The notes beneath the pieces are model-generated. The model did not search any database. It was not told the DNA's origin and worked only from the letters and a program-made list of their open reading frames with translations. From Planctomycetota bacterium (GTDB lineage Bacteria > Planctomycetota > GCA-002687715 > CAIWVZ01): a stretch of 64,000 nt of DNA. Below are positions 20,918 through 30,181 of the stretch, in pieces. Where the stretch lies: positions 128,001 to 192,000 of the forward strand of contig JBGANV010000010.1 in assembly GCA_044222185.1 (NCBI GenBank), in the 5' to 3' direction. A program made the position numbers and the translations under genes. Every line of letters starts with the position of its first letter. Position 1 is the first letter of the stretch.

Positions 20918-23900
20918 TTATTTCGAATTTCCGCCCTCCGGACCGTCCTTGACCGTGAATCGGAACGACGACGTCGTCCCGGAGATGGCGGGGGCGTACA
21001 TCGCTTCGCCCCGACCCGGCCGGGCCTTGAGCGTCCCGGGGAGTTCGGCCCGCAGGCGGTACTTCAGCGTGTGGGTCCCCTGCTGGAGCCACGTCACGAA
21101 GAAGGCCGTCTTCGCATCGCGGAACTCCACGTTCGAACAGATGCCTGCGCCGTACTGCGGGCCGGATCTGACCTCGAGCGCCTCGAAGCCGGCTGGTTTC
21201 AGGTCCTCGAAGAGCAGGTAGTCGTAGTCGTTCTTGGCGTCGATCTTGAACCAGACCTCGATGACGTCACCCGAGGCTACGGTTGCGCCGTTGGCGAGCG
21301 GCTCGAAGCTCTCCTGCGTCGTGACGACCGTCCGTCCGTTCTCCGACCTCTCGACGGCCTTCGACGTCACTCTCACGTACGCACGTTCGACGAGCAGGTC
21401 CTCGCCAGCGGCGGCGATGTCCGCCTCCTTCGTGAAGAACGTGGCATCGGCCGAGACGTAGATCCGTCCCTTGCCGTGCGTGCGCACGGTCAGCGTGGCA
21501 TCCCCGGTCGACAACTCACCGGCACCGAAGGACAGGGTGTTCTGGAATGTGAGCAGGTTCTCGCGTCCAACGTGAACCGTGTGCGTCCCTCCGCCCTTCA
21601 GCGACACGGTGACGTCGAGGTCGGGCTCGAGCTGCCCCGAGGCACGAGCGTAACGCACGAGCGCTTCCACGGCCTGCGCCGTGTCACGCGTGTTGAGCCA
21701 TTGGCCGCCACGTCGATTCGTCACGAGCCATTTCACGAGCGGCTCCACCAACTCGTGCTTGGGGTCCACGTCGACGAACGCGTTCAGGACGGCGGCGTTC
21801 GTCTCCACGAGGTTGTTCCACCACCACCACCAGTCGCGGCTCTCGGATTGCCAGTGCGCGGTGCCGCCGTCGCGATCGACCTTGGCGAAGTCGGCGAGAT
21901 TCGAGAGCACCAGTCGCGCGTGTTCGGTGTCCTTGGCGGAAGCGAAGGCGCTCGCGAGCAGCGCCTTGCCGTAGGGGGTCAGGTCATCCCGGTTGGTGTA
22001 GATCCGCGCGAGCAGCGCCGCGTCCGCATGCCGCGCCTTCGCGAGCGCGTACGCGATGTAGGTTGCCACCACGAGCTTTTGCTCCTTGGGGGCCTGCGCG
22101 GCGAGGAACGCCACCGCGCGGTCGATCATCCCCGCGGGAACGGGGAGGTCGGCCTCTCCCGCAGCGACGAGCCCGCAAAGGACGTACGCCGTGAGGTAGG
22201 ACGACGACTGGTCTGCGCGCCACCAGCCGAACCCTCCGTCACCGTTCTGCATGGAGGCAAGCCGCGCCAGTCCATCACGCACGGCCGAGTCGAGTGCGGC
22301 TTGAGTGACGATCGGCTTGTGATCCGTGGCGCGGTCACGCATGCCTCGCGTCTGCCGGGCCTTTGCCACTTCGTCGAGCGTCGTCCCCAGCTCACCCAGC
22401 ACCCGCGACACGGCGACGGCAGGCATGAAGCGGCTCATGGTCTGCTCGGTGCAGCCGTAGGGGTAGTCGATCAGGTAGGGGAGGGCGTCGAGGAGCGTCA
22501 GCGCGAGGCTCGGGTTCAGCGTGACGTCGAGCCGCGTCGTCTCCTGATGCCGCTCGGAAGGGATCGTGAAGGTGAGCGCCTGCTCGGCGTCGCCGCTGAG
22601 CACGGCGTTCCGGGGGATGCGCTTGTCGTGGCCCCATTCGATTGCGGTGAACTCCTTCACCATGGCGTCGCTGTCGTTCAGGCCCAGCGCGGTCACGGTG
22701 ATCTTCGTCCGGCCGGGCTTCTGGACGCCGACGAGCCAGTCGATGCGACGCGCCTCGCCGGGCGGGACGTCCGTCGCCTGCTCCAGCGCGGATTGTGTCG
22801 TCAGCACCTGGCCGTCGAGTTCGATCCGAACGCGAGCCGCCTGCCCGACCGCGGTGCGATTGTTCACGAGCGCTGTCACGGTGATCTGATCGCCCTCGAC
22901 GAAGAAGCGAGGTGCGCGGAGGCGGACCAGGAGATCCTTCGTCGTCTTCGTGTCCGCGGTGATCTCGCCGACCCTGGTGTCGGCCGTCCACGCCCAGACC
23001 TTCGCGCGCCAGGTCGTGAGCGACTCGGGGAACGGCACCTTGACGACGGCGCGGCCGGTCTCGTCCGTCGTCACGTCGGCGGTCCAGAGTGCGGAGTCTC
23101 GGAAATCGCTGCGGACCTTGGGCGCCGGCCCCGCCTGGCCGGGCTCGCGGGCGTTCGAGTCGTCTTCGGAAGAGTCCTGATCCTTCAGCTCGCGGTTGAA
23201 ATGGTCCGCCTTCTCCTCCGCGCGCGCCGCGCTCGTGGGGGCGGGCGCCGCGGCCAGGCCGACGGCGGTCGCCTTGTCATCGCCGGCGAACGAGCCCCGG
23301 CCACCGCCTCGGTCGCCCTTTTCGCCCGCTGGGCGCCCATCGCGGAGGCGGCCGCGGATGTGTTCGAACTCGAGTGCGCCGAAACCGACGCCTTCGAGCA
23401 CGCGGGACGCGATCCCCGGCATGTTCGACCACGCCGGCAGCGCGCCGATGACGTCGTACCGGCCCCATGCGACGTTCCTCACGAGCTCTCCGTCGAAGGC
23501 CGAGCGCGCGGACGAGTTACGCGCGACATCATGCCCGCGGCGCGATCCCCAGAAGAACCGGCGGATGTCCGGCGTAGTGTCCGATTGGATCTCGAGGATC
23601 GACGCGTCGAGCACGGTCACTGCTGCGCGCGCCGACACGGGGTTGCCAGCGTCATCCCGAGTCGTGACGACGAGGTCGCCGGATGCCCCCGGCCGATAGT
23701 CGGGCCGATCGAACGTCGCCGTCACGTTCAGGAACTGCTCGACGGGCGGCACGAAGATCTCCACCTCGTCCTCGAAGTACTCGCCCCCACGTACCGAGGC
23801 GACGTGCACGTGGAAGTTCGGGACGTGCGTGCGCTCGATGGGGATTTCGATCACTGCGAGCTTCCCGTCGAGCTTGACGACGTCGCACTTCAGCATTCGG

Positions 23901-26845
23901 CGCCCGCCATCCATCGACAGAAGAAGCGTGCCGTCGGCGAAGTTCGACGTGACGAGAACCAGGGCCTTCTCGCCGACCTTGAACGTCCGGCGATTGGGAA
24001 TCAGCTCCACATTCTTCATGGCGAAGTCACGGGCACCGAAGCCCGGCTTGTGGACCCACAGTCGGCTCTCCCCGGTGACGAGCTGCTCGAAGCGATCGAG
24101 CGCTTCGAAGGCGATCGCGAAGTTTCCGGGCGCGTCGGCCACCCAACGGAAGAAGGCGCGGCCTTCGTCGTCCGTCTTGACGGCCGTCTCGTGGACTACC
24201 GTCCGGGCCTCGTTGAGACCGCCCTTTTCGTCGAGTGATGCGTCGATGCGGTAGACCCGCACCTTGCCCTCCACGGCGACGGGCGTTCCCGCGGGCAGGC
24301 GGCTGTGGATCTCGCACTCGACGTTCTCGCCCGCGAGATAGAAGTTCTGTTTCGGTGTGACGTCGAGAGAAAGCGCGCGCTTCGTCACCAGCAGCGACCC
24401 GGACCCGTCCAGCGTCCGGCGCGACTCGTCGGTGACTTGCGCTTCGATCAGGAAGCGCGATCCGTCGCCGGGGTTCGCGGCTTCCGTCCCCGTTTCGAAT
24501 CCGATCGGCAGCTTGCCGCTTCCATCGAGGACTCCAGATCCCGAAGCCACGAGTTCGCGTCCCGACTGTTCATGTCGGGGGCGGATCCAGGCGTCGGACC
24601 CAAACAGGTAGTCGTATTCACCGCGGCGACCGAACCATGGCCACCACCCCGTGCGGAACACCTTCCACTCGACGCGCCCGCCCGCGACGGCACCACCGAA
24701 GAAGTACTGGGCTTCGACGGTCGCGTTGACGCGCGTCCCGAATCGCACCTGCTCGGTGGGCAGGCCGACCGTCACTTTGAACTCGGGTTTGAGGTACTCC
24801 TCGACCCGGAAATGGCCCTGCGCCACGTACTCGTTGCCGCGTTGGACCTGCACCACGTAGACGCCGAGCGGTGGCTCCTTGCCGAGGACCAACTCCTGCT
24901 TGAACGCGCCGGATTCATCCGTCCGGAGCTCCTGCTCCATCACATGCTGCCCGTTGGGGGCGTGCACGCTGACCTTGAAGCGCGTGTCTGCGATCGCCGT
25001 GTATTCGTTCCCGTGGCGAGTGCGGATGATCGACGCGAACCGGATCGGATCCTCGGGCCGATACACCGGCCGGTCCGTCATGACGTACGCCGTCGTCGTG
25101 TCCGCGGCTTCGTTCTGCCGGTAGGCGTAGTTCCGGTGAGTGAACGCGCAGCGCTCGCCATCGGCGGCGAACACCTCGATCTGGAACGACTCCCCGGGAC
25201 CGACGGAATGTGCGCGCTCGAAGATCCCGCGCTCGTCCGTAGTGCCCTTCGAGTACCGGACCTTCCATCCGCTGCCAAAGAGTCCACGGCTGTAGTACCG
25301 CTCGCGCACCGCCACGTCGGCGCCGCGGAGCGGGGAACCGGTGACCCGGTCGACGACGAACACGATCGTCCGGTCGTTGTCCTGCTTCGTGATGATCCCG
25401 ACGTCGGAAACCTGGACGAGCGTGTTCCACTGAAGCCCCTCGCCGCGCGCCTCGAGCACGTAGCAGCCCGCGGGCAATCCTGCGATCGCAAGGGCGGTCT
25501 CGCGATCGACGTGACGCCCGTCGTCGCGTGTATCCGCAGTCAGCGTGACCGCTGGGGTCGTGGCCTCGAAGCCGGAAGGGAGCCCCTTGATCACTCCTGA
25601 CGTGGTGCCAAGCCAAAGGTCGTCATCCGACAGGAAACCGTCCGAGAGGTAGATCGACGGCAACTTCACGGGTCGGAGCGTGACGGCAATCGCCTTCATG
25701 TTGCGCGAGTGCGCCGTGAGCTCGAACGGCTTTCCGGGGAGCCTTGGCTCGCCGGCTGCAATCGAGAGCCGCGGGAACGTGATCTGCTCGATGGCCGACT
25801 TCGCATCTCCGATCCACGGCGACTTGGGGAAGTCGGCGACGAGCTTGCGGTACGACGCCACCGCATCGACGAGGAGGCCGAGCGTCTCCTGGGCCTTCGC
25901 GAGGCTGACGAGGATCTCGTCGCCGAGCGCGGACGTCGCGCAGCGCGCGAACGCCTCCGATAGGACCTTCACCGGGTTGCGATCCGCGGGGACCGCGACC
26001 GTCGGCTTGTCGCCGCCGAGCGGCGCGACGAGAATTTCATCGGCAGAGCGGACGTCGCGCGCGGTGGACCGCGTGAACATGCGCAGGCACGCGGCGCCTT
26101 TCATGTATCGCGCGAGTGCTTCCCCGTCCTGGTTGGCGACGGCGACCTGGTGACTGATGGCTCCATCGAACGCGCCGACGATGCGATCGTTCCAAGCGGT
26201 TTCGAGTTTCTGATCCTGCTGGACATCGCCGCTGACGTTGAAGGCGAGTCCGTGGTCCCGGAACGCCTCGAGGACGGAACCCAGCTCGAGGTGAGCGCGG
26301 AGGTGCTCGGCCGAGAGCCCCTTGTCCGTGGCATTCGGAGTCGGAGTGGCATTCGCGACCTGCGCGGCGAAGATCGCAGTCGAGGCCTCCAGATCCGTAC
26401 GAGCGAGGGTCATGTCGTCCGTGACCGCCCACACGTAGGTGCCACCCTGGATGTAGGTTCCCCGCGAGCGCTGCCCGTCCTTCTCGTAGAAATAGTGCGG
26501 CATCGTCGCCGCGATCACGCCCCGCTCGAGCCGCGCGCGGGCCTCGGCGAGAGGTGCCGGCCGCTGCTCGACGAATGCCTTCAGGTGCGCGATTGCCTCG
26601 TCGAACTTCGAAAGGCGCGCGAGACAGACCCCGATGCGGACCTCGACCCGGGGGCGTTCCGCGGCGAACTGCGAATCCTTCGCCGCGCTCCGGTAGTTCT
26701 CGAGCGCCTTCTGGTACTCGTGGTCGCTGAAGGCCTTGTCCGCGACCTTCAAAGGATCGTCCCTGCGGTCGAAGTGCTGGTGTGCTGCCGTGAGAAGTCC
26801 GAGAACGGACGCCAGGACGGCGCCGACGACGAGTTTGCCGAGCAT
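20918..26845 (-). CDS. Bacterial alpha-2-macroglobulin with N-terminal TPR-like region and intact thioester motif
   Basis: Signal/TM; TDRPVYRP, FRVEEY.KPEF, VRSDFRDSALW, FPESLTTWR, PRFFVEGD, DYPYGCTEQ, QNGDGGFGWW, EAMYAP. Confidence 0.95.
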   Translation of the reverse strand: MLGKLVVGAVLASVLGLLTAAHQHFDRRDDPLKVADKAFSDHEYQKALENYRSAAKDSQFAAERPRVEVRIGVCLARLSKFDEAIAHLKAFVEQRPAPLAEARARLERGVIAATMPHYFYEKDGQRSRGTYIQGGTYVWAVTDDMTLARTDLEASTAIFAAQVANATPTPNATDKGLSAEHLRAHLELGSVLEAFRDHGLAFNVSGDVQQDQKLETAWNDRIVGAFDGAISHQVAVANQDGEALARYMKGAACLRMFTRSTARDVRSADEILVAPLGGDKPTVAVPADRNPVKVLSEAFARCATSALGDEILVSLAKAQETLGLLVDAVASYRKLVADFPKSPWIGDAKSAIEQITFPRLSIAAGEPRLPGKPFELTAHSRNMKAIAVTLRPVKLPSIYLSDGFLSDDDLWLGTTSGVIKGLPSGFEATTPAVTLTADTRDDGRHVDRETALAIAGLPAGCYVLEARGEGLQWNTLVQVSDVGIITKQDNDRTIVFVVDRVTGSPLRGADVAVRERYYSRGLFGSGWKVRYSKGTTDERGIFERAHSVGPGESFQIEVFAADGERCAFTHRNYAYRQNEAADTTTAYVMTDRPVYRPEDPIRFASIIRTRHGNEYTAIADTRFKVSVHAPNGQHVMEQELRTDESGAFKQELVLGKEPPLGVYVVQVQRGNEYVAQGHFRVEEYLKPEFKVTVGLPTEQVRFGTRVNATVEAQYFFGGAVAGGRVEWKVFRTGWWPWFGRRGEYDYLFGSDAWIRPRHEQSGRELVASGSGVLDGSGKLPIGFETGTEAANPGDGSRFLIEAQVTDESRRTLDGSGSLLVTKRALSLDVTPKQNFYLAGENVECEIHSRLPAGTPVAVEGKVRVYRIDASLDEKGGLNEARTVVHETAVKTDDEGRAFFRWVADAPGNFAIAFEALDRFEQLVTGESRLWVHKPGFGARDFAMKNVELIPNRRTFKVGEKALVLVTSNFADGTLLLSMDGGRRMLKCDVVKLDGKLAVIEIPIERTHVPNFHVHVASVRGGEYFEDEVEIFVPPVEQFLNVTATFDRPDYRPGASGDLVVTTRDDAGNPVSARAAVTVLDASILEIQSDTTPDIRRFFWGSRRGHDVARNSSARSAFDGELVRNVAWGRYDVIGALPAWSNMPGIASRVLEGVGFGALEFEHIRGRLRDGRPAGEKGDRGGGRGSFAGDDKATAVGLAAAPAPTSAARAEEKADHFNRELKDQDSSEDDSNAREPGQAGPAPKVRSDFRDSALWTADVTTDETGRAVVKVPFPESLTTWRAKVWAWTADTRVGEITADTKTTKDLLVRLRAPRFFVEGDQITVTALVNNRTAVGQAARVRIELDGQVLTTQSALEQATDVPPGEARRIDWLVGVQKPGRTKITVTALGLNDSDAMVKEFTAIEWGHDKRIPRNAVLSGDAEQALTFTIPSERHQETTRLDVTLNPSLALTLLDALPYLIDYPYGCTEQTMSRFMPAVAVSRVLGELGTTLDEVAKARQTRGMRDRATDHKPIVTQAALDSAVRDGLARLASMQNGDGGFGWWRADQSSSYLTAYVLCGLVAAGEADLPVPAGMIDRAVAFLAAQAPKEQKLVVATYIAYALAKARHADAALLARIYTNRDDLTPYGKALLASAFASAKDTEHARLVLSNLADFAKVDRDGGTAHWQSESRDWWWWWNNLVETNAAVLNAFVDVDPKHELVEPLVKWLVTNRRGGQWLNTRDTAQAVEALVRYARASGQLEPDLDVTVSLKGGGTHTVHVGRENLLTFQNTLSFGAGELSTGDATLTVRTHGKGRIYVSADATFFTKEADIAAAGEDLLVERAYVRVTSKAVERSENGRTVVTTQESFEPLANGATVASGDVIEVWFKIDAKNDYDYLLFEDLKPAGFEALEVRSGPQYGAGICSNVEFRDAKTAFFVTWLQQGTHTLKYRLRAELPGTLKARPGRGEAMYAPAISGTTSSFRFTVKDGPEGGNSK

Positions 26846-26921
26846 GTTGACTCCGAGGGCGTGTGAGACGACGGGGTTGGACGCCGCCGACGAACCCGGA
26901 GTTCCGCCGGCGGGGCGCCCC

Positions 26922-27362
26922 TCAAGCGAGCGTCTTCAGGAGTGCGTCGGCCTGGCCGGCCGGGTCCTTCGTTTCGACCGCGGACTCGATCTTCCCGTCG
27001 GGTCCGACGACGTAGGTGATGCGTTTGGCGTAGGTTGCCGTCGCGTCATCGCAGGCTTCGTAGGCGAGTCCCACCTTGCGGTCCGGATCGCAAAGAAGCG
27101 GGTAGGCGAAGCTGAACTTCTCCGCGAAGGCCTTGTTCGCGGCGACGCCGTCGAACGAGACACCGAAGATCAGCACGTTCTTCGAGGTGAATTCGGGGGT
27201 TCTGTCACGGAACCCGCAGCCCTGGCGCGTTCAACCCGGGGTGTCGGCCTTGGGGTAGAACCAAAGCACGAATCGCCTGCCCTTCAGGTCGGCGAGGCGG
27301 ACCCGTTTTCCCGTGTGATCCTGAACGTCGAACGCGGGGGCGGTCGTACCCGGTTTCAGCAT
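26922..27362 (-). CDS. bcp: Peroxiredoxin BCP/PrxQ, probable selenoprotein (UGA at codon 44)
   Basis: Manual translation from ATG 27362: MLKPGTTAPAFDVQDHTGKRVRLADLKGRRFVLWFYPKADTPG-TGA-TRQGCGFRD..., continuing in frame into ORF 26922..27176 (GVSFD...FAYPLLCD...RITYVVGPDGKI). Confidence 0.9.
27197..27215 (-). promoter_or_regulatory. Candidate bacterial SECIS hairpin
   Basis: On the minus strand, GGGUUC-CGUGACA-GAACCC begins 15 nt after the UGA (27233-27231), with a G in the second loop position. Confidence 0.65.
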
Positions 27363-27469
27363 GGCGCCATCTCTCCTGTGACGTGTTCCAGCGGTCGATT
27401 GGGGGGCGCTGCTCTACGCCACGAAGCGTGCGCGTCGCAAGCATCCGGCGTCGCGCCCCTGAACTTCAA

Positions 27470-27497
27470 TTGCCGCATCGCCGACGCCTGGTAGAAT
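27470..27497 (+). promoter_or_regulatory. Sigma70-type promoter for the BMC operon
   Basis: TTGCCG-N16-TAGAAT with an extended -10 TG, ~40 nt upstream of the AldDH start. Confidence 0.5.
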
Positions 27498-27538
27498 CCG
27501 GGCCGTTTCCCGAGCCCCAGCCGCCATGCGGCATCTCC

Positions 27539-29161
27539 ATGATGGATCAGGACTTAGCCTCAATCGCCGAGGCTCGCGCGCTGCTTCGGCGCACCCGCCA
27601 GGCATTCAACCAGTACCGGTCGTTCGACCAGGCTCGGGTCGACCGCATCGTCTACGCGGCGGTCGAAGCCGGCTATCGGGCGTCTGAACGCCTCGCGCAG
27701 GTCGCCGTCGAGGAGACGGGCATCGGCCGTGTCGACGGCAAGACGGCGAAGAACCGCTTCGCGACGCGAGGACTCTGGGCCGCGATCCGCGAACTCCGAA
27801 CCTGCGGAATCCTGAACGAGGATTCCGAGCGAGGCGTCACCGAGGTGGCAGACCCGTTCGGGATCGTCGCCGCGATCATCCCCACGACGAACCCCACGTC
27901 GACCGCGATGTTCAAGGCTCTCATCTGCCTGAAGTCGCGTAATGGAATGGTGGCCTCGCCACACCCGCGGTCCGTTCGGTGCGTGAACGAATCCGTTCGC
28001 GTGATTCACGAGGCCGCCGTCGAGGCAGGCGCGCCCCGCGACATCGTCGCGTGCATGACGAACGTCAGTCTCGAGGGAACCCAGGCGCTCATGCGCCACG
28101 AAGAGACCGACCTCATCCTCGCCACGGGTGGCTCGGGGCTCGTACGGGAAGCCTATTCGTCCGGCAAGCCGGCGTTCGGCGTGGGCCCCGGGAACGTGCC
28201 CGTCTACGTGGACCGTTCCGCCGACATCGCCTATTCGGCGCGCTGCTTCGTCGAGAGTCAGACGTTCGACAACGGCACGATCTGTTCTTCCGAGCAGGCG
28301 ATCGTGTGCGACCGGCCCGTGAGCGACCGGCTCCTGGCAGAGCTTCGCGCACGAAAGTGTCACGTCTGCACTCCTGAAGAGGTCAAGCGGCTCGAAGCCA
28401 TCGCGTTGAAGGGCAAGACGATGAACCCCGACATCGTGGGTCTTCACGCGAACAAGGTCGCGGAAAAGGCCGGGTTCACCGTGCCCGGCGACACGACGGT
28501 GCTGATCGCCCCGACGTCCGGCGTCGGCTTCGCCCATCCGCTCTCACACGAGAAGCTCTGCCCCATGCTGGCCTTCTACGTCGTGGATGGTTGGGAGCAG
28601 GGCTGCCACCTCTGCCTGGACATCCTGGGATTCGGCGGATTGGGACACTCGATCGGCCTTCACTGCGAGGACGAGTCGATCATCCGGCGGTTTGCCCTGG
28701 AGAAGCCCGTCAACCGCATCATTCTGAACAGCCCCACGTCGCAGGGCGCCGTCGGGTTCACGACGCGACTGTTCCCGTCCATGACGCTCGGATGCGGGTC
28801 CTTCGGGGGCAACATCACGTCGGACAACATCGGCCCTCAGCACCTCTTGAACATCAAGCGGCTGGCGCGCGTTCGTCCCGAGTATCGCGACGGAACGATG
28901 ACCGCCGAGTTCCCGCACCTGCCTCCGACTGGCGCGGCGGACCCCGTGACGAGTCCCTGGGACCCCGCCGATCGATTGGTCTCGCGGCCGGAGCCCGACC
29001 CCGCCGCGCCTCCCCGGCCGGCCCTCGCGAATCCGGCTCGCCCCTTTTCGCGCGACGTGCTTGCGGGCATCATTTCCGGACATTTGCGGGAGCGGGGGAG
29101 TCAGTTGGAGGGACGGGTCGATGGTCGTGATCCGCCCCGAAAGGGTCACGGCGGATGTTGA
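27539..29161 (+). CDS. CoA-acylating aldehyde dehydrogenase (EutE/PduP/AdhE-N family) with C-terminal encapsulation peptide
   Basis: IIPTTNPTST, LILATGG, GVGPGN, FDNGTICSSEQ (catalytic Cys), EKLCP, TLGCGSFGGN; Pro-rich linker then amphipathic SRDVLAGIISGHLRE. Confidence 0.93.
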   Translation: MMDQDLASIAEARALLRRTRQAFNQYRSFDQARVDRIVYAAVEAGYRASERLAQVAVEETGIGRVDGKTAKNRFATRGLWAAIRELRTCGILNEDSERGVTEVADPFGIVAAIIPTTNPTSTAMFKALICLKSRNGMVASPHPRSVRCVNESVRVIHEAAVEAGAPRDIVACMTNVSLEGTQALMRHEETDLILATGGSGLVREAYSSGKPAFGVGPGNVPVYVDRSADIAYSARCFVESQTFDNGTICSSEQAIVCDRPVSDRLLAELRARKCHVCTPEEVKRLEAIALKGKTMNPDIVGLHANKVAEKAGFTVPGDTTVLIAPTSGVGFAHPLSHEKLCPMLAFYVVDGWEQGCHLCLDILGFGGLGHSIGLHCEDESIIRRFALEKPVNRIILNSPTSQGAVGFTTRLFPSMTLGCGSFGGNITSDNIGPQHLLNIKRLARVRPEYRDGTMTAEFPHLPPTGAADPVTSPWDPADRLVSRPEPDPAAPPRPALANPARPFSRDVLAGIISGHLRERGSQLEGRVDGRDPPRKGHGGC

Positions 29162-29204
29162 TCGTCGTGCAGACCGGAAGGTTCGAACCGAGGACTGAAG
29201 TTCT

Positions 29205-29498
29205 ATGAGCATGATTGCGCTTGGCATGGTCGAGACCCGCGGTCTCGTGGGTGCCGTCGAAGCCGCGGACGCCATGGTGAAGGCCGCCCAGGTCACGCTG
29301 ATCGGCAAGGAGAAGATCGGTGGCGGTTTCGTCACGGTGATGGTTCGCGGCGAGGTCGGAGCCGTGAAGGCGGCGACCGATGCGGGCGCAGCTGCCGCGA
29401 AGCGTGTCGGCGAGCTCGTTTCGGTCCACGTCATTCCCCGTCCGCACGACCAGGTCGAATCGATCCTTCCGTCCGCGCCGGCCCGCGACGAAGGCTGA
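29205..29498 (+). CDS. BMC hexamer shell protein (BMC-H, PduA/EutM/CcmK family)
   Basis: [24 protein letters not shown]...[19 protein letters not shown]...VHVIPRPH. Confidence 0.98.
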   Translation: MSMIALGMVETRGLVGAVEAADAMVKAAQVTLIGKEKIGGGFVTVMVRGEVGAVKAATDAGAAAAKRVGELVSVHVIPRPHDQVESILPSAPARDEG

Positions 29499-29542
29499 TG
29501 GGAGCGCAGGCACTCCTGCCCGCGCACCCGAGTCACTGAATC

Positions 29543-30169
29543 ATGGCCGACATCGAACTCCGCACGTTCGTCTTCCTCGACAGCATGCAGCCGCAGTTCG
29601 CGTCGTTCGTAGGCACGACGTCGCGTGGCTATCTGCCGGTCGAATATCAAGCTGCCTTGTTCGTCGAGATCGCCCCCGGCATCGCGATCAACAAGGTGAC
29701 TGACGTCGCACTGAAGAAGAACGACGTGCAGCCCGGCGTCCAGGTCGTCGAGCGGGCCTATGGTCTGCTCGAGGTCCACGCCGACAGTCAAGCCGAGGTC
29801 ATCTCGGCCGGCGAGAACATCCTCCAATCGCTTGGACTCAAGCGCGAGGATCGTTTGAAGCCCAAGGTGATGTCGTCGCAGATCATCACCAACATCGATC
29901 CTTACCAGGCGCAGCTCATCAACCGCATTCGCTTCGGCAACATGATCCTCGGAGGGGACACGCTGTACATCCTCGAGGTTCATCCCGCTGGATACGCGAC
30001 GGTGGCTGCGAACGAAGCCGAGAAGGCTTCACCCATCAGCCTCATCGAGATGCAGATGTTCGGCGCCTACGGCCGCCTGTATCTCGGGGGGACCGAGGCT
30101 GAGATCGAGGAGGCGGCAGCCGCCGTCCTCCACGCCCTCGATTCGATCGACGGGCGTCCCAACAAGTGA
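29543..30169 (+). CDS. BMC tandem-domain permuted trimer (BMC-Tdp, CcmP/CsoS1D-like)
   Basis: LRTFVFLDSMQPQFASF, EIAPGIAIN, QVVERAYGLLEVH, ANEAEKA, GAYGRLYLGG.EAEI; closely recalls the H. ochraceum BMC-T2 type. Confidence 0.93.
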   Translation: MADIELRTFVFLDSMQPQFASFVGTTSRGYLPVEYQAALFVEIAPGIAINKVTDVALKKNDVQPGVQVVERAYGLLEVHADSQAEVISAGENILQSLGLKREDRLKPKVMSSQIITNIDPYQAQLINRIRFGNMILGGDTLYILEVHPAGYATVAANEAEKASPISLIEMQMFGAYGRLYLGGTEAEIEEAAAAVLHALDSIDGRPNK

Positions 30170-30181
30170 AGGGACGAGAAC

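Noticed and set aside
20747-24238. 1163-aa plus-strand ORF
   Set aside because: Antisense shadow of the alpha-2-macroglobulin gene; typical high-GC artefact with no motifs.
27231-27233. bcp as a nonsense pseudogene
   Set aside because: The stop is UGA exactly at the catalytic Cys with a downstream hairpin and otherwise intact sequence; selenocysteine is the better explanation, pending sel genes.
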